In this document: positions 1 through 8,144 of the stretch, one piece after another
How the letters are laid out: each line of letters starts with the position of its first letter
Position numbering within the stretch: the first letter of the stretch is position 1
Source of the DNA: a candidate division FCPU426 bacterium
GTDB lineage: Bacteria; Oederibacteriota; JAAXVQ01; JAUVAV01
Reading direction: 5' to 3'
Assembly (NCBI GenBank): GCA_030637655.1
Contig: DAOWGI010000014.1
Span: forward strand, 1 to 12,990
DNA length: 12,990 nt
Notes under the pieces: generated by a model
Told to the model about the DNA's origin: nothing
Seen by the model: only the letters and a program-made list of their open reading frames with translations
Database searches by the model: none
Translations under genes and position numbers: made by a program

Positions 1-930
1 CATTATAGCCATAGTCAGGAAACCGTGGTTCCGGACGGCACCCTGGTAACTGTGAGTTCTTCGCTGGGGACTATTATAACCACTGACGCGAATACCATTA
101 TTCCGGGCGTACAAGTTCCTACTTCCGGGGGTGTGGTTGAGTTTGTGGTCCAAAGCATCAACCGGGAAATCGGAAAGACAACCCTTCAAGCGCTAACTGC
201 TTCCGGTTTCGCGGATAGCGGGGAGGTCACAGACTATTTGGAAATGGTCTTGGCTGACATGACCAACGGCACGATTTTGGTGAATCCGGCCATGGAAAAT
301 ACCACAGCGGAATATACAATTAGCGCCCGGAGTAACACAATTATTGATTTGCAAAGCGGAGTTGACATCATTACCCTGGGATTTCCCGAACAAATAATGC
401 TGCCTTCTTCCATACCTGCTTATTCAATTACTATCAACAATACCCCGGTAACCAACGCAGCCATAACCGATCAAAGCATATCCTTGCTAATGCCGCTGCT
501 TATCAATACGGCTGCTGATTTCACGATCTTTATTCCGGCTACTGTTAATATTATTAATCCTCCGGCCGGGCACTACGATTTAAGTATCCAAAGCACACAG
601 AATAGATCGCCGATCATCATTCCCTATGATATTCTTATTCATATCACGGATGAGGAGGTTGTGCCGGCTCCTAATCCCAGCAGTATTGGCCGGGTCCGGT
701 TCTTTTTTAACCTGGATGGTCCGGCCCAAGTGGAATTGGCGCTGCTTAATCTTAAGGGAGAAAAGGTCTCCCAGGTGACTGAAAATTACGCGGCCGCCAA
801 AAAAGGCGCAGTAATGGATTGGAATACGGAGCGGGTGGGGCCGGGTATGTATTGGGCGCTTATTAAAATTAAGTATGACGATGGCCGGGTAGTGAAAATG
901 AAAAAGAAGAAAGTGATTATTATTAAATAG
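1..930 (+). CDS. 5'-truncated secreted/surface protein: Ig-like beta-sandwich domains plus C-terminal T9SS type A-like sorting domain
   Basis: Frame 1 is open from base 1 (HYSHSQETV...), so the start lies upstream of the window. The N-terminal part is beta-rich (VPDGTLVTVSSSLGTI..., ...IINPPAGHYDLSIQST). The last ~90 aa (~658-927) read VVPAPNP...VELALLNLKGEKV...WNTERVGPGMYWALIKI...KKKVIIIK-stop, the PNP...G.Y...K.hhh pattern of T9SS-like CTDs. Confidence 0.8.
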   Translation, partial: HYSHSQETVVPDGTLVTVSSSLGTIITTDANTIIPGVQVPTSGGVVEFVVQSINREIGKTTLQALTASGFADSGEVTDYLEMVLADMTNGTILVNPAMENTTAEYTISARSNTIIDLQSGVDIITLGFPEQIMLPSSIPAYSITINNTPVTNAAITDQSISLLMPLLINTAADFTIFIPATVNIINPPAGHYDLSIQSTQNRSPIIIPYDILIHITDEEVVPAPNPSSIGRVRFFFNLDGPAQVELALLNLKGEKVSQVTENYAAAKKGAVMDWNTERVGPGMYWALIKIKYDDGRVVKMKKKKVIIIK

Positions 931-959
931 TTTCTGTTGCGGAAAAGCTGTTTATGATT

Positions 960-1050
960 ATCATCCCCGAATGCTTTAATCGGGATATTGTAGGGGCGCA
1001 CTGAGTGCGCCCGTGTAGGAGCGACCAGCCGGTCGCCCGCTTAAGGCATA
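960..1050. repeat. Composite palindromic intergenic repeat, copy 1 (RTCATCCCCG...CGGGAATGAC shell enclosing two GTAG-type REP hairpins)
   Basis: The ends ATCATCCCCG (960-969) and CGGGAATGAC (1041-1050) are near-inverted. Inside lie GTAG-G-GGCGCAC-TGA-GTGCGCCC (990-1012) and GTAG-GAGCGACC-AGCC-GGTCGCCC (1015-1038). The first ~55 bp are nearly identical to 3270-3325. Confidence 0.85.
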
Positions 1051-1095
1051 CGGGAATGACGCAATTATTATTTTTTTGAAAGGAAACGAATTGCC

Positions 1096-1611
1096 ATGAA
1101 GCGCTTCCCAAAGAACAAACGCCGCCGGATCGTGGTTGATCCTCAGTTTCAGATGCGGATGGTTTTTGTAATGAGCGCCATAGCTGCGATAGAAGTTGTA
1201 ATTGGCACCATACTGGTAATGTCGATCGCCATGACGAGTATCTGGATTCCGGCCGGTGATCATGCGGCGCTCTTCTATAAATTTGTGCTGACAATTCTTG
1301 GTATCGTGGTGGCGGTGACCATCTTTAATGTTATTATTGCCATTTTATTGTCTCACCGGATTGCCGGCCCGGCTTATCGATTAAAGCAAAGCATGCGGCA
1401 ATTTGGCGCCGGAGATTTATCTGTTCTGATCAATCTCCGCGAACATGATGAATTGCAGGAATTAAAAGATGAATTCAATGAGATGGCCAGTAGTATCCGC
1501 GATAAGGTCCGTATATATCTGGCTGAAGATAAAAAAGCAGGCAAAACCAAGGCAACAGCTAAAACACGGGGTCAAAAAGAAAAAGCCGGGTTTCCTTTTA
1601 AGCTGGATTAA
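1096..1611 (+). CDS. Small inner-membrane protein with two TM helices and a HAMP domain, no output domain
   Basis: Basic N-terminus RRRIVVDPQFQ, then two hydrophobic segments and a HAMP-like SHRIAGPAYRL...GDLSVLINLREHDELQELKDEFNEM. A short Lys-rich tail follows. AAGGA lies upstream of the ATG. Confidence 0.85.
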   Translation: MKRFPKNKRRRIVVDPQFQMRMVFVMSAIAAIEVVIGTILVMSIAMTSIWIPAGDHAALFYKFVLTILGIVVAVTIFNVIIAILLSHRIAGPAYRLKQSMRQFGAGDLSVLINLREHDELQELKDEFNEMASSIRDKVRIYLAEDKKAGKTKATAKTRGQKEKAGFPFKLD

Positions 1612-1679
1612 AGCCGCCAAAGGGGGTGGCTGCGGATGAAGCTTGCGGCTACCAAAACGGAGAGCAGAACAGAAATATA

Positions 1680-1911
1680 GTAATATGTCAGTCATGGTAC
1701 TAGGAGCTTGTTGGGCTTAAGTACAAAATTGGATTTTGAGCGATCTTCCCCCTTTGAAAAAGGGGGATAGAGGGGGATTTTGCATATGCAAGCGGGCGTT
1801 TTGTTGATTAAATCCCCCCTGCCCCCTTTACAAAAGGGGGAAAAAGACTAAAGTCCGACAGGCTCTTAGCAATCCTGAAAAAGCTTTCAAGTACCGTAAC
1901 TGACATGCTAC
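1680..1911. mobile_element. MITE-like non-autonomous element, 232 bp, 22-bp imperfect TIRs, 8-bp target-site duplication
   Basis: Left end GTAATATGTCAGTCATGGTACT (1680-1701) matches the reverse complement of the right end (1890-1911), GTAGCATGTCAGTTACGGTACT, at 18/22 positions. GAAATATA directly flanks both ends (1672-1679 and 1912-1919). No transposase ORF is present. Confidence 0.8.
1746..1842. repeat. Inverted pair of CCCCCTTT-N3-AAAGGGGG REP-like hairpins inside the MITE
   Basis: TTCCCCCTTTGAAAAAGGGGGATAGAGGGGGATTT (1746-1780) and AAATCCCCCCTGCCCCCTTTACAAAAGGGGGAA (1810-1842) are inverted copies of each other. Each contains its own 8-bp-stem hairpin. Confidence 0.85.
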
Positions 1912-1963
1912 GAAATATACGATTTTTTTACTACACCTTAAGTAATTAAAGGAGTTGTTTATA

Positions 1964-3205
1964 ATGATTAAATTTTCTGCTGTAAGCAACCACTTTAGGT
2001 TCCTGGTGGGATTGGGCATGATTTTGCTGTGCGTATCTAAAGGACTGGCGTATGATGAATATTGTGATCTGCGTTTTGATCCGCGGATATCAGCTCGTTA
2101 TTTAGGTATGGGCGCGCAATCAGGGTGGCAAACCGGAGCTGAGGCGGTTTTTGGAAATCCGGCGAATCTTGCCGTTCTCAGGAATATGGAATTAAGCTCC
2201 GGGGTTGGGATGTTTGCGGACAACAGTTTGATTGGAACTTTTGCTTACGGCCAGCCAATACCTGAGATTGGTAAGTTCGGGCTGGGGTTTTCAATGCTCT
2301 ACCCTAATAGCGAAGAAGTTTTGGCTGATGACAGCCTGGATAAGCTCAATACCCGCGAACAGATATTTTCACTGGGATATGGCAGAATGATTGCGCCCTC
2401 CTGGTTGCAGGCTGGTATCCGTTTCCGCGCTTTGCATGTCAATAATAAATCCGGCAATGAAGCGGGCGAGAGTATTGATCTTGGCCTGCGGTTTCAATTT
2501 AATAATTTTTTTGCCGGGATCACTGGAATTAATTTGTTGCAACCGCAGATTAACCTCAAGGGCGCAGGGATTGCGTATCCCCGGCGGGCCCAACTCAATC
2601 TCGGTATGGCCTTTAAAAATATCATGCAAGTGGGGGTTGAATACACGCAAGCGCTGGAAGGCGACCTGCCTTTTCGGGCAGCCCTGGGTTGGGAGAGCGC
2701 CTTTTCTGCGAAGTGGTTTATTCGTAATGGAGTAGATACCAGGTCAGTCTATCTGGGTTTTGGTTATTTTGACCGGAGTTGGGGAATTGATTATGCCGGC
2801 CGGGCTGATTTTGATTTGGAGGATATTTATCATTGTTTGGGAGTGCGCTTTAAATGGGGGACCCATCGCGTCGGACTGGAGAGTTCCTCAAAGTATTTAA
2901 CCAAAGGCGGGATCACGCCGCGGGTAACGATTAAAATTAATTACCAGCGGAAGGTATTGTTTAAAAGGTGGGCGCTTCTGATCCTGAATTCTAAGGGGAG
3001 GATGGTAAAATGTTTTGTCGGGAAAAATAAATTTCCCGGTTCAGTTACCTGGGAAGGAAGAAACAACAAGGGACGGATGGTTCCGGATGACGCGTATACC
3101 TGCTTTTTAGAAGGAGTGGATTATGAGGGTAATTTATTGAAATCCAATTTTATTTATATTACGGTTATGAGCCGGAAAGAGCCGGAATTTCACCAGGTGA
3201 AATAG
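1964..3205 (+). CDS. PorV/FadL-like (UPF0164-like) outer-membrane beta-barrel fused to a C-terminal FlgD-type Ig domain
   Basis: AAGGAG at 1949-1954 favours ATG 1964. The signal peptide ends ...SKGLA. The motif ISARYLGMG...AEAVFGNPANLA resembles the PorV/FadL plug motif GARxxGMG...NPAGL. Alternating amphipathic beta-strands follow (SIDLGLRFQF, VYLGFGY, WGIDYA, HCLGVRFKW). The C-terminal WALLILNSKGRMVK...VTWEGRNNKGRMVPDDAY...VDYEGN is FlgD-Ig-like. Confidence 0.75.
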   Translation: MIKFSAVSNHFRFLVGLGMILLCVSKGLAYDEYCDLRFDPRISARYLGMGAQSGWQTGAEAVFGNPANLAVLRNMELSSGVGMFADNSLIGTFAYGQPIPEIGKFGLGFSMLYPNSEEVLADDSLDKLNTREQIFSLGYGRMIAPSWLQAGIRFRALHVNNKSGNEAGESIDLGLRFQFNNFFAGITGINLLQPQINLKGAGIAYPRRAQLNLGMAFKNIMQVGVEYTQALEGDLPFRAALGWESAFSAKWFIRNGVDTRSVYLGFGYFDRSWGIDYAGRADFDLEDIYHCLGVRFKWGTHRVGLESSSKYLTKGGITPRVTIKINYQRKVLFKRWALLILNSKGRMVKCFVGKNKFPGSVTWEGRNNKGRMVPDDAYTCFLEGVDYEGNLLKSNFIYITVMSRKEPEFHQVK

Positions 3206-3238
3206 TATTGCGCCGTAATTAAAAAGATAAGCAATTTT

Positions 3239-3403
3239 GTAACATGTCAGTCATGCGGTTTTTTTGTTTGTCATCCCCGAAGGCTTTAATCGGGGATCTT
3301 GTAGGGGCGCACTGAGTGCGCCCGTAGCCGGTCGTCCCTACCTCTGGATTCCCGCTAAATACCTGCGGGAATGACAATTTTTGTTTAACCGCAGTTTACT
3401 GAC
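3239..3403. mobile_element. Probable second, more decayed member of the same MITE-end family
   Basis: The left end GTAACATGTCAGTCATG matches the 1680 TIR at 16/17 positions. GTCAGTCATGCGGTT pairs imperfectly with AACCGCAGTTTACTGAC (3387-3403). The outer right end and a TSD are not recognisable. Confidence 0.55.
3270..3375. repeat. Composite palindromic intergenic repeat, copy 2
   Basis: GTCATCCCCGAAGGCTTTAATCGGGGATC...GGATTCCCGCTAAATACCTGCGGGAATGAC shell. It contains GTAGGGGCGCACTGAGTGCGCCC (3301-3323, identical to 990-1012) and a truncated inverted REP ending in CCCTAC (3341). Confidence 0.85.
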
Positions 3404-3439
3404 TTGAATGAGGAGATTAAATTGACCGGGAGTTATATG

Positions 3440-6400
3440 ATGCAGCAACAATGCAAGGTGTGGGTTTTAATGGGTGGGATTCTAATTGGGATTATGGGCG
3501 TTATGTCGGCTCAAACAGCCCTTGCCAAAAGCCCAGAAACACAAGCCTGGATTATGCTGGTAAAAGCGATGGAGGCAAATCCCGGCGCTCATAAGACTCT
3601 GAACCAAGCCATAACCTTTATTAATCATTACCCCCGCAGTCAATTTAAATCAGCCGCTGAATACATGGTGGGCGAAAATTATTTTATCAACCGCAAATAT
3701 AAATTAGCCCTGGCTTATTACCAGCAGTTGCTGCGAAAAATCGATACCCTTTCCTATGGCGACAGCGTTATGTTTCGCTTAGGCGAATGTCATTTTAATC
3801 TGGGCAAAATAAAGCAGGCGGAAAACACCTGGAACGCGATGCAAAGCCGGTTTCCTAAAACGTATCTGCGGTCCGAAGTCGAGGTGAATCGCTGCCAGAT
3901 TTTATTAAAACAAGAAAAATATCATGCTGCCATGCGGCGTTATCGTGCTTTGCTTTCGCGCTATCCATATCTTAGGGATCGTAAAAATATTTTAGTAGGG
4001 CTGGCCCGGATTGATTATGCTCAGCAAAAATATGTCGAAGTCTTAAAGAGGCTGGCCCGGATTAAAACCCCAGCCGCTCTGTACTTTAAAGGACGCAGTC
4101 TCTTCGCTTTGAAGCGGTATCAAGAAGCGGCAAATTATTTTGATAAAATCGAAAAACGCCATCCGAAGCATATTTATGTGAAAAACTCCATATATTTGAA
4201 AGCTGAATCGTTTTTTCGTGCCAATAATTTCTCAGCCGCGACTCGGGCCTATAAAAAATTTCTGCAGCGCTACCCTCAAGGCACGCTGGCTTATTTCGCC
4301 CGTTATAAATTAACCGCAGTGCTGCTTTCCCGGAAAAAATATAATGAGGCGCTGGCTAATATTAATCGGGGTATGGCCATGCCACAGCAGCATTTGTCGG
4401 CTTTTTTTATGAAATATTTAAGGGCGGAAATCTATGTGGGATTGAGGCGTTATTCCCAGGCCGCCGAACTTTTTAGGGAGATAGTGGGGAGCAATCCACC
4501 GGAACAAATTTTAGAAACCTGCCTGGTCAAGTATGCCTGGGTGCTGTACAAAAGCAAGAAATATGCTTTGGCCATTAAAATCGCCAAACGCCATCTGGAA
4601 ACTTTCGGCGGCAATGAGCGGGCGGTTTCTGCGCACTGTATTATTGCCAACAGTAATTATTTTATGCGCAATTACCGGCAAGCATTACGTACTTATCGCG
4701 ATATTCTTATGCAACACCCGTACTCTGAACTTATCGAGATTGCTTTAGTGCAAATGCAGATAACCTATTTAAAGACCAAGCAGATCGGTCAAATTATTTC
4801 TCAGACTTCCGACTTTGTAAAAAAGATGGAGGAACATTTCAAACCCATAAGCCGGAAATACCGGAGCATGGCTCTCTATTTTCTGGGAGAGGCGTATTAT
4901 CAGAAAAAACGCCCCCTGGAAGCTATCGCGCTTAACGAGAAAATCATCACCAAATATTGGGACACCAAAGCCTATGCCTATGCCAAAGAAGCTTTAGTTT
5001 GGGCGTATTTTGAACAGGATCAATTCTCACTGGCATTAAAAGAAGCTGAAAAAGTTATTAAAGACCGGCGGATCAGCAAAACCATCCGTGCTGATATCGC
5101 CTTGGTCAAAGGGCACTGTTTATTTAATTTAAAAAGATACAAACCGGCTTTGGAAAATTACAGTGGCTGGTTGAAAAAAAATCCCAGAAGTCCGGAGCGG
5201 GTAAATATTCAATATCTGATGGGTTTGGCCTACTATAGGCTTAAATATTATAAGAGCGCGATGAAGATTTGGGAAAAAGTCATTGCCCACCCCGCGCGTA
5301 ATGAATTTAACCGGACCGCGCTTTTGAAGGTGGCGGATACTCTTTTTAGAGGGAGGGATAATCCGCGCGCGCGCGCGCGTTACCAGTTGTATATCCAGCG
5401 CTATCCCAAAGGTTCGGAAGTTCCTCTGGCTTATCTTCGAATCGCGCAGACCTATTACAACCAGGGGTTTGATGAAAAAGCCATCAATGCCTACCGGGTG
5501 TTTATTCGTCGTTTTCCCAATCACGCCAGTTGTGAAACTGCCCAGGATGGGGTTGAGACCACCGCGTTTCGACGGGTCAAAAAAAACCCAGTGATGAAAA
5601 ATCTCAGAAATTATTTGGCGCATTATCCCAAGAGCAAGTTTGCCAATCAAATACAGTATCAGATCGCGGATAAATATTATAAAAGCAAAAATTATCCGAT
5701 TGCCATCCGGGAGCTTAATCGGTTGATCTTAAACTACCCGGGCAGCGAGGCGATTCCCAACAGCATGTTTTATCTGGGAGACAGTTTCGATCAACTGAAA
5801 AAATATGCAGATGCCATCTCAGCCTATTCGTTATTTATCGAGACCTATCCCAAACATGATTTGATGCCGGAGGTGCTGACCCGGCTGGGCGCTGATTTTT
5901 ACCTGCTGGGAAATTTTGCCGATGCCATCGTTAAATACCGCAGGATTTTGGATAAGTTTCCGGTTAAACCCTATTTGGAAGATGCGCTCTACAACATTGC
6001 GGTGTGTTATGGAAAGATGGGAAGACACAACGAAGCCCTGGCTATGTACATGGATTTTGTGGCGCGGTATCCTAAAAGCCCGCGGGCAGTGGAAGCCGGA
6101 ATTCAGATTGGCATTTACTATCAGGATCAGCAACTTTGGGATTTGGCTATTTCGACCTTTAAAAAAGCATTGTTGGTTAATTCCAGGCACAAAAAAGAGA
6201 TTTACTTTCGCCTCGGCGATAGTTATGAAAACAATAATAAGATTGGCAGGGCGATGCAAAGTTACCAAAAGATAATTCCGATGTCGCCCAAGAGCAATAT
6301 TTATCGGATTACGGGTATTTCACAACTGGCGGCCTATTATGAGCGAAAGCAGCAATGGAGCCTGGCGCTTAAAATGTACCGCGACATTTCCAAAAATGCC

Positions 6401-6460
6401 GCCAATCCGAAATGGCGCTCGGAGGCGGCTAAACGGGTTAAATTGCTCAGTCAACCGTGA
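3440..6460 (+). CDS. Large exported tetratricopeptide-repeat protein (BamD/CpoB-type TPR repeats), ~1006 aa
   Basis: GGGAG at 3428-3432 precedes ATG 3437/3440. Sec signal peptide ends ...AQTALA|KS. Many TPR units with A.y.lGe.yf...y..A...y..l...YP.S signatures (NHYPRS, RFPKT, RYPQG, RYPKGS, RFPNH, HYPKS, NYPGS, TYPKH, RYPKS). Confidence 0.9.
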   Translation: MQQQCKVWVLMGGILIGIMGVMSAQTALAKSPETQAWIMLVKAMEANPGAHKTLNQAITFINHYPRSQFKSAAEYMVGENYFINRKYKLALAYYQQLLRKIDTLSYGDSVMFRLGECHFNLGKIKQAENTWNAMQSRFPKTYLRSEVEVNRCQILLKQEKYHAAMRRYRALLSRYPYLRDRKNILVGLARIDYAQQKYVEVLKRLARIKTPAALYFKGRSLFALKRYQEAANYFDKIEKRHPKHIYVKNSIYLKAESFFRANNFSAATRAYKKFLQRYPQGTLAYFARYKLTAVLLSRKKYNEALANINRGMAMPQQHLSAFFMKYLRAEIYVGLRRYSQAAELFREIVGSNPPEQILETCLVKYAWVLYKSKKYALAIKIAKRHLETFGGNERAVSAHCIIANSNYFMRNYRQALRTYRDILMQHPYSELIEIALVQMQITYLKTKQIGQIISQTSDFVKKMEEHFKPISRKYRSMALYFLGEAYYQKKRPLEAIALNEKIITKYWDTKAYAYAKEALVWAYFEQDQFSLALKEAEKVIKDRRISKTIRADIALVKGHCLFNLKRYKPALENYSGWLKKNPRSPERVNIQYLMGLAYYRLKYYKSAMKIWEKVIAHPARNEFNRTALLKVADTLFRGRDNPRARARYQLYIQRYPKGSEVPLAYLRIAQTYYNQGFDEKAINAYRVFIRRFPNHASCETAQDGVETTAFRRVKKNPVMKNLRNYLAHYPKSKFANQIQYQIADKYYKSKNYPIAIRELNRLILNYPGSEAIPNSMFYLGDSFDQLKKYADAISAYSLFIETYPKHDLMPEVLTRLGADFYLLGNFADAIVKYRRILDKFPVKPYLEDALYNIAVCYGKMGRHNEALAMYMDFVARYPKSPRAVEAGIQIGIYYQDQQLWDLAISTFKKALLVNSRHKKEIYFRLGDSYENNNKIGRAMQSYQKIIPMSPKSNIYRITGISQLAAYYERKQQWSLALKMYRDISKNAANPKWRSEAAKRVKLLSQP

Positions 6461-6582
6461 TGCCGGTTGGTTGAGATGAAAGCTGGGAAGGAATGGATGA
6501 ACAAACAGAAAGATTAATTGTTGTGCCGGTTCATTTTTTTTAAAAATATTATGCTACCAAGAATTTGGTTAAGGAGGCTCAA

Positions 6583-7227
6583 ATGGGCATTGAAATTGAT
6601 GTCATGCAGGTTTTTCGCAGCAGTGTTACCCTGGTTGTATTGTTAATATGTTCAATTGTTGTTTTGACTGTTACCCTGGAACGTTGGTGGGTAACCCGGC
6701 GGAACAATGTTGACATGAACTGGATGTTAGTCCGAGTTCGCCGCTATATTCTGGAAAACCGGTTTTCAGAAGCAATTACCTTTCTCTCGAAACATAAAAG
6801 TTCCATTGCCGCTGTTTTTCGCGAGGGAATACAGAAAAGGACATTGATACGTTCGGATATGGAAGAATTCCTTATCAATGTTATTAGCGGCCAAAATCTG
6901 ATTCTGGAAAAACGTCTGGGCATTTTAGGCACCCTGGGTAGTATGTCGCCGTTTATCGGCCTTTTGGGAACGGTCCTGGGTATTGTCCGGGCGTTCCATG
7001 ATTTAGCTGCCGCCTCAGGCGGTGGACCGAGCGTAGTGGCCAACGGCATCGCGGAAGCGCTGGTGGCAACTGCCGCCGGTTTGGTGGTTGCCATTCCGGC
7101 GTTGATGTTTTTTAATTATTTTTCCAATAAAGTCAGGGTCATTAATGCCAATATGGAAATGGCCGCCCGCAGTCTGATTTTATTAATCTATGCCAAGGAG
7201 CAATCACGCGATGGGGCTAAGTACTAA
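6583..7227 (+). CDS. exbB: MotA/TolQ/ExbB proton channel family protein
   Basis: AAGGAGG at 6571-6577 precedes ATG 6583. TM1 is followed by LERW. The signature LGTLGSMSPFIGLLGTVLGIVRAF...GIAEALVATAAGLVVAIPA..FNYF retains the conserved Thr/Glu/Thr. Confidence 0.95.
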   Translation: MGIEIDVMQVFRSSVTLVVLLICSIVVLTVTLERWWVTRRNNVDMNWMLVRVRRYILENRFSEAITFLSKHKSSIAAVFREGIQKRTLIRSDMEEFLINVISGQNLILEKRLGILGTLGSMSPFIGLLGTVLGIVRAFHDLAAASGGGPSVVANGIAEALVATAAGLVVAIPALMFFNYFSNKVRVINANMEMAARSLILLIYAKEQSRDGAKY

Positions 7228-7672
7228 GCGGGAATCCAAGCCAATTGCGGAGATTAATATGACGCCGTTGGTGGACGTGAGCCTGGTGTTGGTGATCATC
7301 TTTATGGTTTCGGCTCCTATGATTGCCCAGCAGGGTATTCTGGTAAATTCTCAAAAAAAAGAGGTGGGCGACAAGCCGGAGCAAACACGGGAAGCTGTGG
7401 TGGAAACTATTTATATAAAAATCGCAGCAGATTACATCGAACTTAACGGCAAAAAAACCGGTATCAAGGTGTTGCCATTTAAACTTAAGCATATTTTGAT
7501 TAGCAATCCGGACGAGATGGTTTATATAAATTCCGAGGGACAGGTTCAATACGGCCGGGTGGTGAGTGTTCTCGATATTGCCCGGCAAAGTGGCGCGAGA
7601 AAGTTGGCGCTTTTAAATGACAAAGAGGGGCTTTTGGAAAGAACTTTAATTTTTAATAAGAAAAGAAGGTAG
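7211..7672 (+). CDS. exbD: ExbD/TolR family protein 1
   Basis: AAGGAG at 7195-7200 precedes ATG 7211, which overlaps the exbB end. Signature EINMTPLVDVSLVLVIIFMVSAP with the essential Asp; C-terminal VQYGRVVSVLDIARQSGARKLAL. Confidence 0.93.
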   Translation: MGLSTKRESKPIAEINMTPLVDVSLVLVIIFMVSAPMIAQQGILVNSQKKEVGDKPEQTREAVVETIYIKIAADYIELNGKKTGIKVLPFKLKHILISNPDEMVYINSEGQVQYGRVVSVLDIARQSGARKLALLNDKEGLLERTLIFNKKRR

Positions 7673-7678
7673 ATTAAG

Positions 7679-8089
7679 ATGATACCGGCAGCCAAGAAAC
7701 CAGATGCAACAATCAATTCGATCAATGTTACGCCGTTGGTTGACGTCTGTTTGGTGTTGGTGATTATCTTTATGGTTACCGTGCCCATGCTGTTTAAGCC
7801 ATTACGGGAAATCATTATGCCCAAAGCGTATACAGCGCAGTCGCAAAATAAGCAAATTATTTATGTTACCTGCACCAGAGACAAACTTATGTTTTTGGAT
7901 GAAGAGGAGGTAAATGTTCAGGCGCTTTTGGAAAGATTGGGAGCCAAATTGATAACCAGCGAGTATAAAGTAGTGATTATTCGCGCGGACGAGAAGTTGC
8001 CCTACGATCATATTACCCAGGTGATGGCGATCGTTAAAAAAGCCGGTGCCAGAAAAATATATTTCGCAACTGAAGTCAAAAAGAATTGA
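7679..8089 (+). CDS. exbD: ExbD/TolR family protein 2
   Basis: Signature INVTPLVDVCLVLVIIFMVTVP; C-terminal VIIRADEKLPYDHITQVMAIVKKAGARKIYFAT. Confidence 0.95.
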   Translation: MIPAAKKPDATINSINVTPLVDVCLVLVIIFMVTVPMLFKPLREIIMPKAYTAQSQNKQIIYVTCTRDKLMFLDEEEVNVQALLERLGAKLITSEYKVVIIRADEKLPYDHITQVMAIVKKAGARKIYFATEVKKN

Positions 8090-8144
8090 TTCGGCCGGCG
8101 CCGAACAGCTAAAAAGTGCAACCGGCAAAAGGAATGAGTGGTAA

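Noticed and set aside
960-1050. CRISPR array or tRNA/ncRNA reading of the intergenic repeats (also 3270-3375 and 11288-11372)
   Set aside because: There is no regular repeat-spacer periodicity with three or more repeats, no cas genes and no cloverleaf.
923-1294. Minus-strand ORFs 923-1294, 976-1263 and 786-1001
   Set aside because: They overlap well-supported + strand genes and a palindromic repeat, and show no recognisable motifs.
3999-4063. 14-bp direct repeat GGCTGGCCCGGATT
   Set aside because: Both copies encode LARI in neighbouring TPR helices; nothing else suggests a DNA-level function.
4450-6275. Short ORFs within the TPR gene (both strands) and similar ones antisense to exbBD/tonB
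   Set aside because: They are shadow ORFs fully inside long genes with clear family signatures.
6527-6555. Possible internal sigma70 promoter before exbB (TATGCT at 6550-6555)
   Set aside because: No credible -35 element at the correct spacing; the AT-rich context makes a chance match likely.
8090-8105. Hairpin TTCGGC-CGGC-GCCGAA between exbD2 and tonB; also GCCGCC/GGTGGC at 1613-1630
   Set aside because: Short stems without U-tracts, which is insufficient to call terminators.
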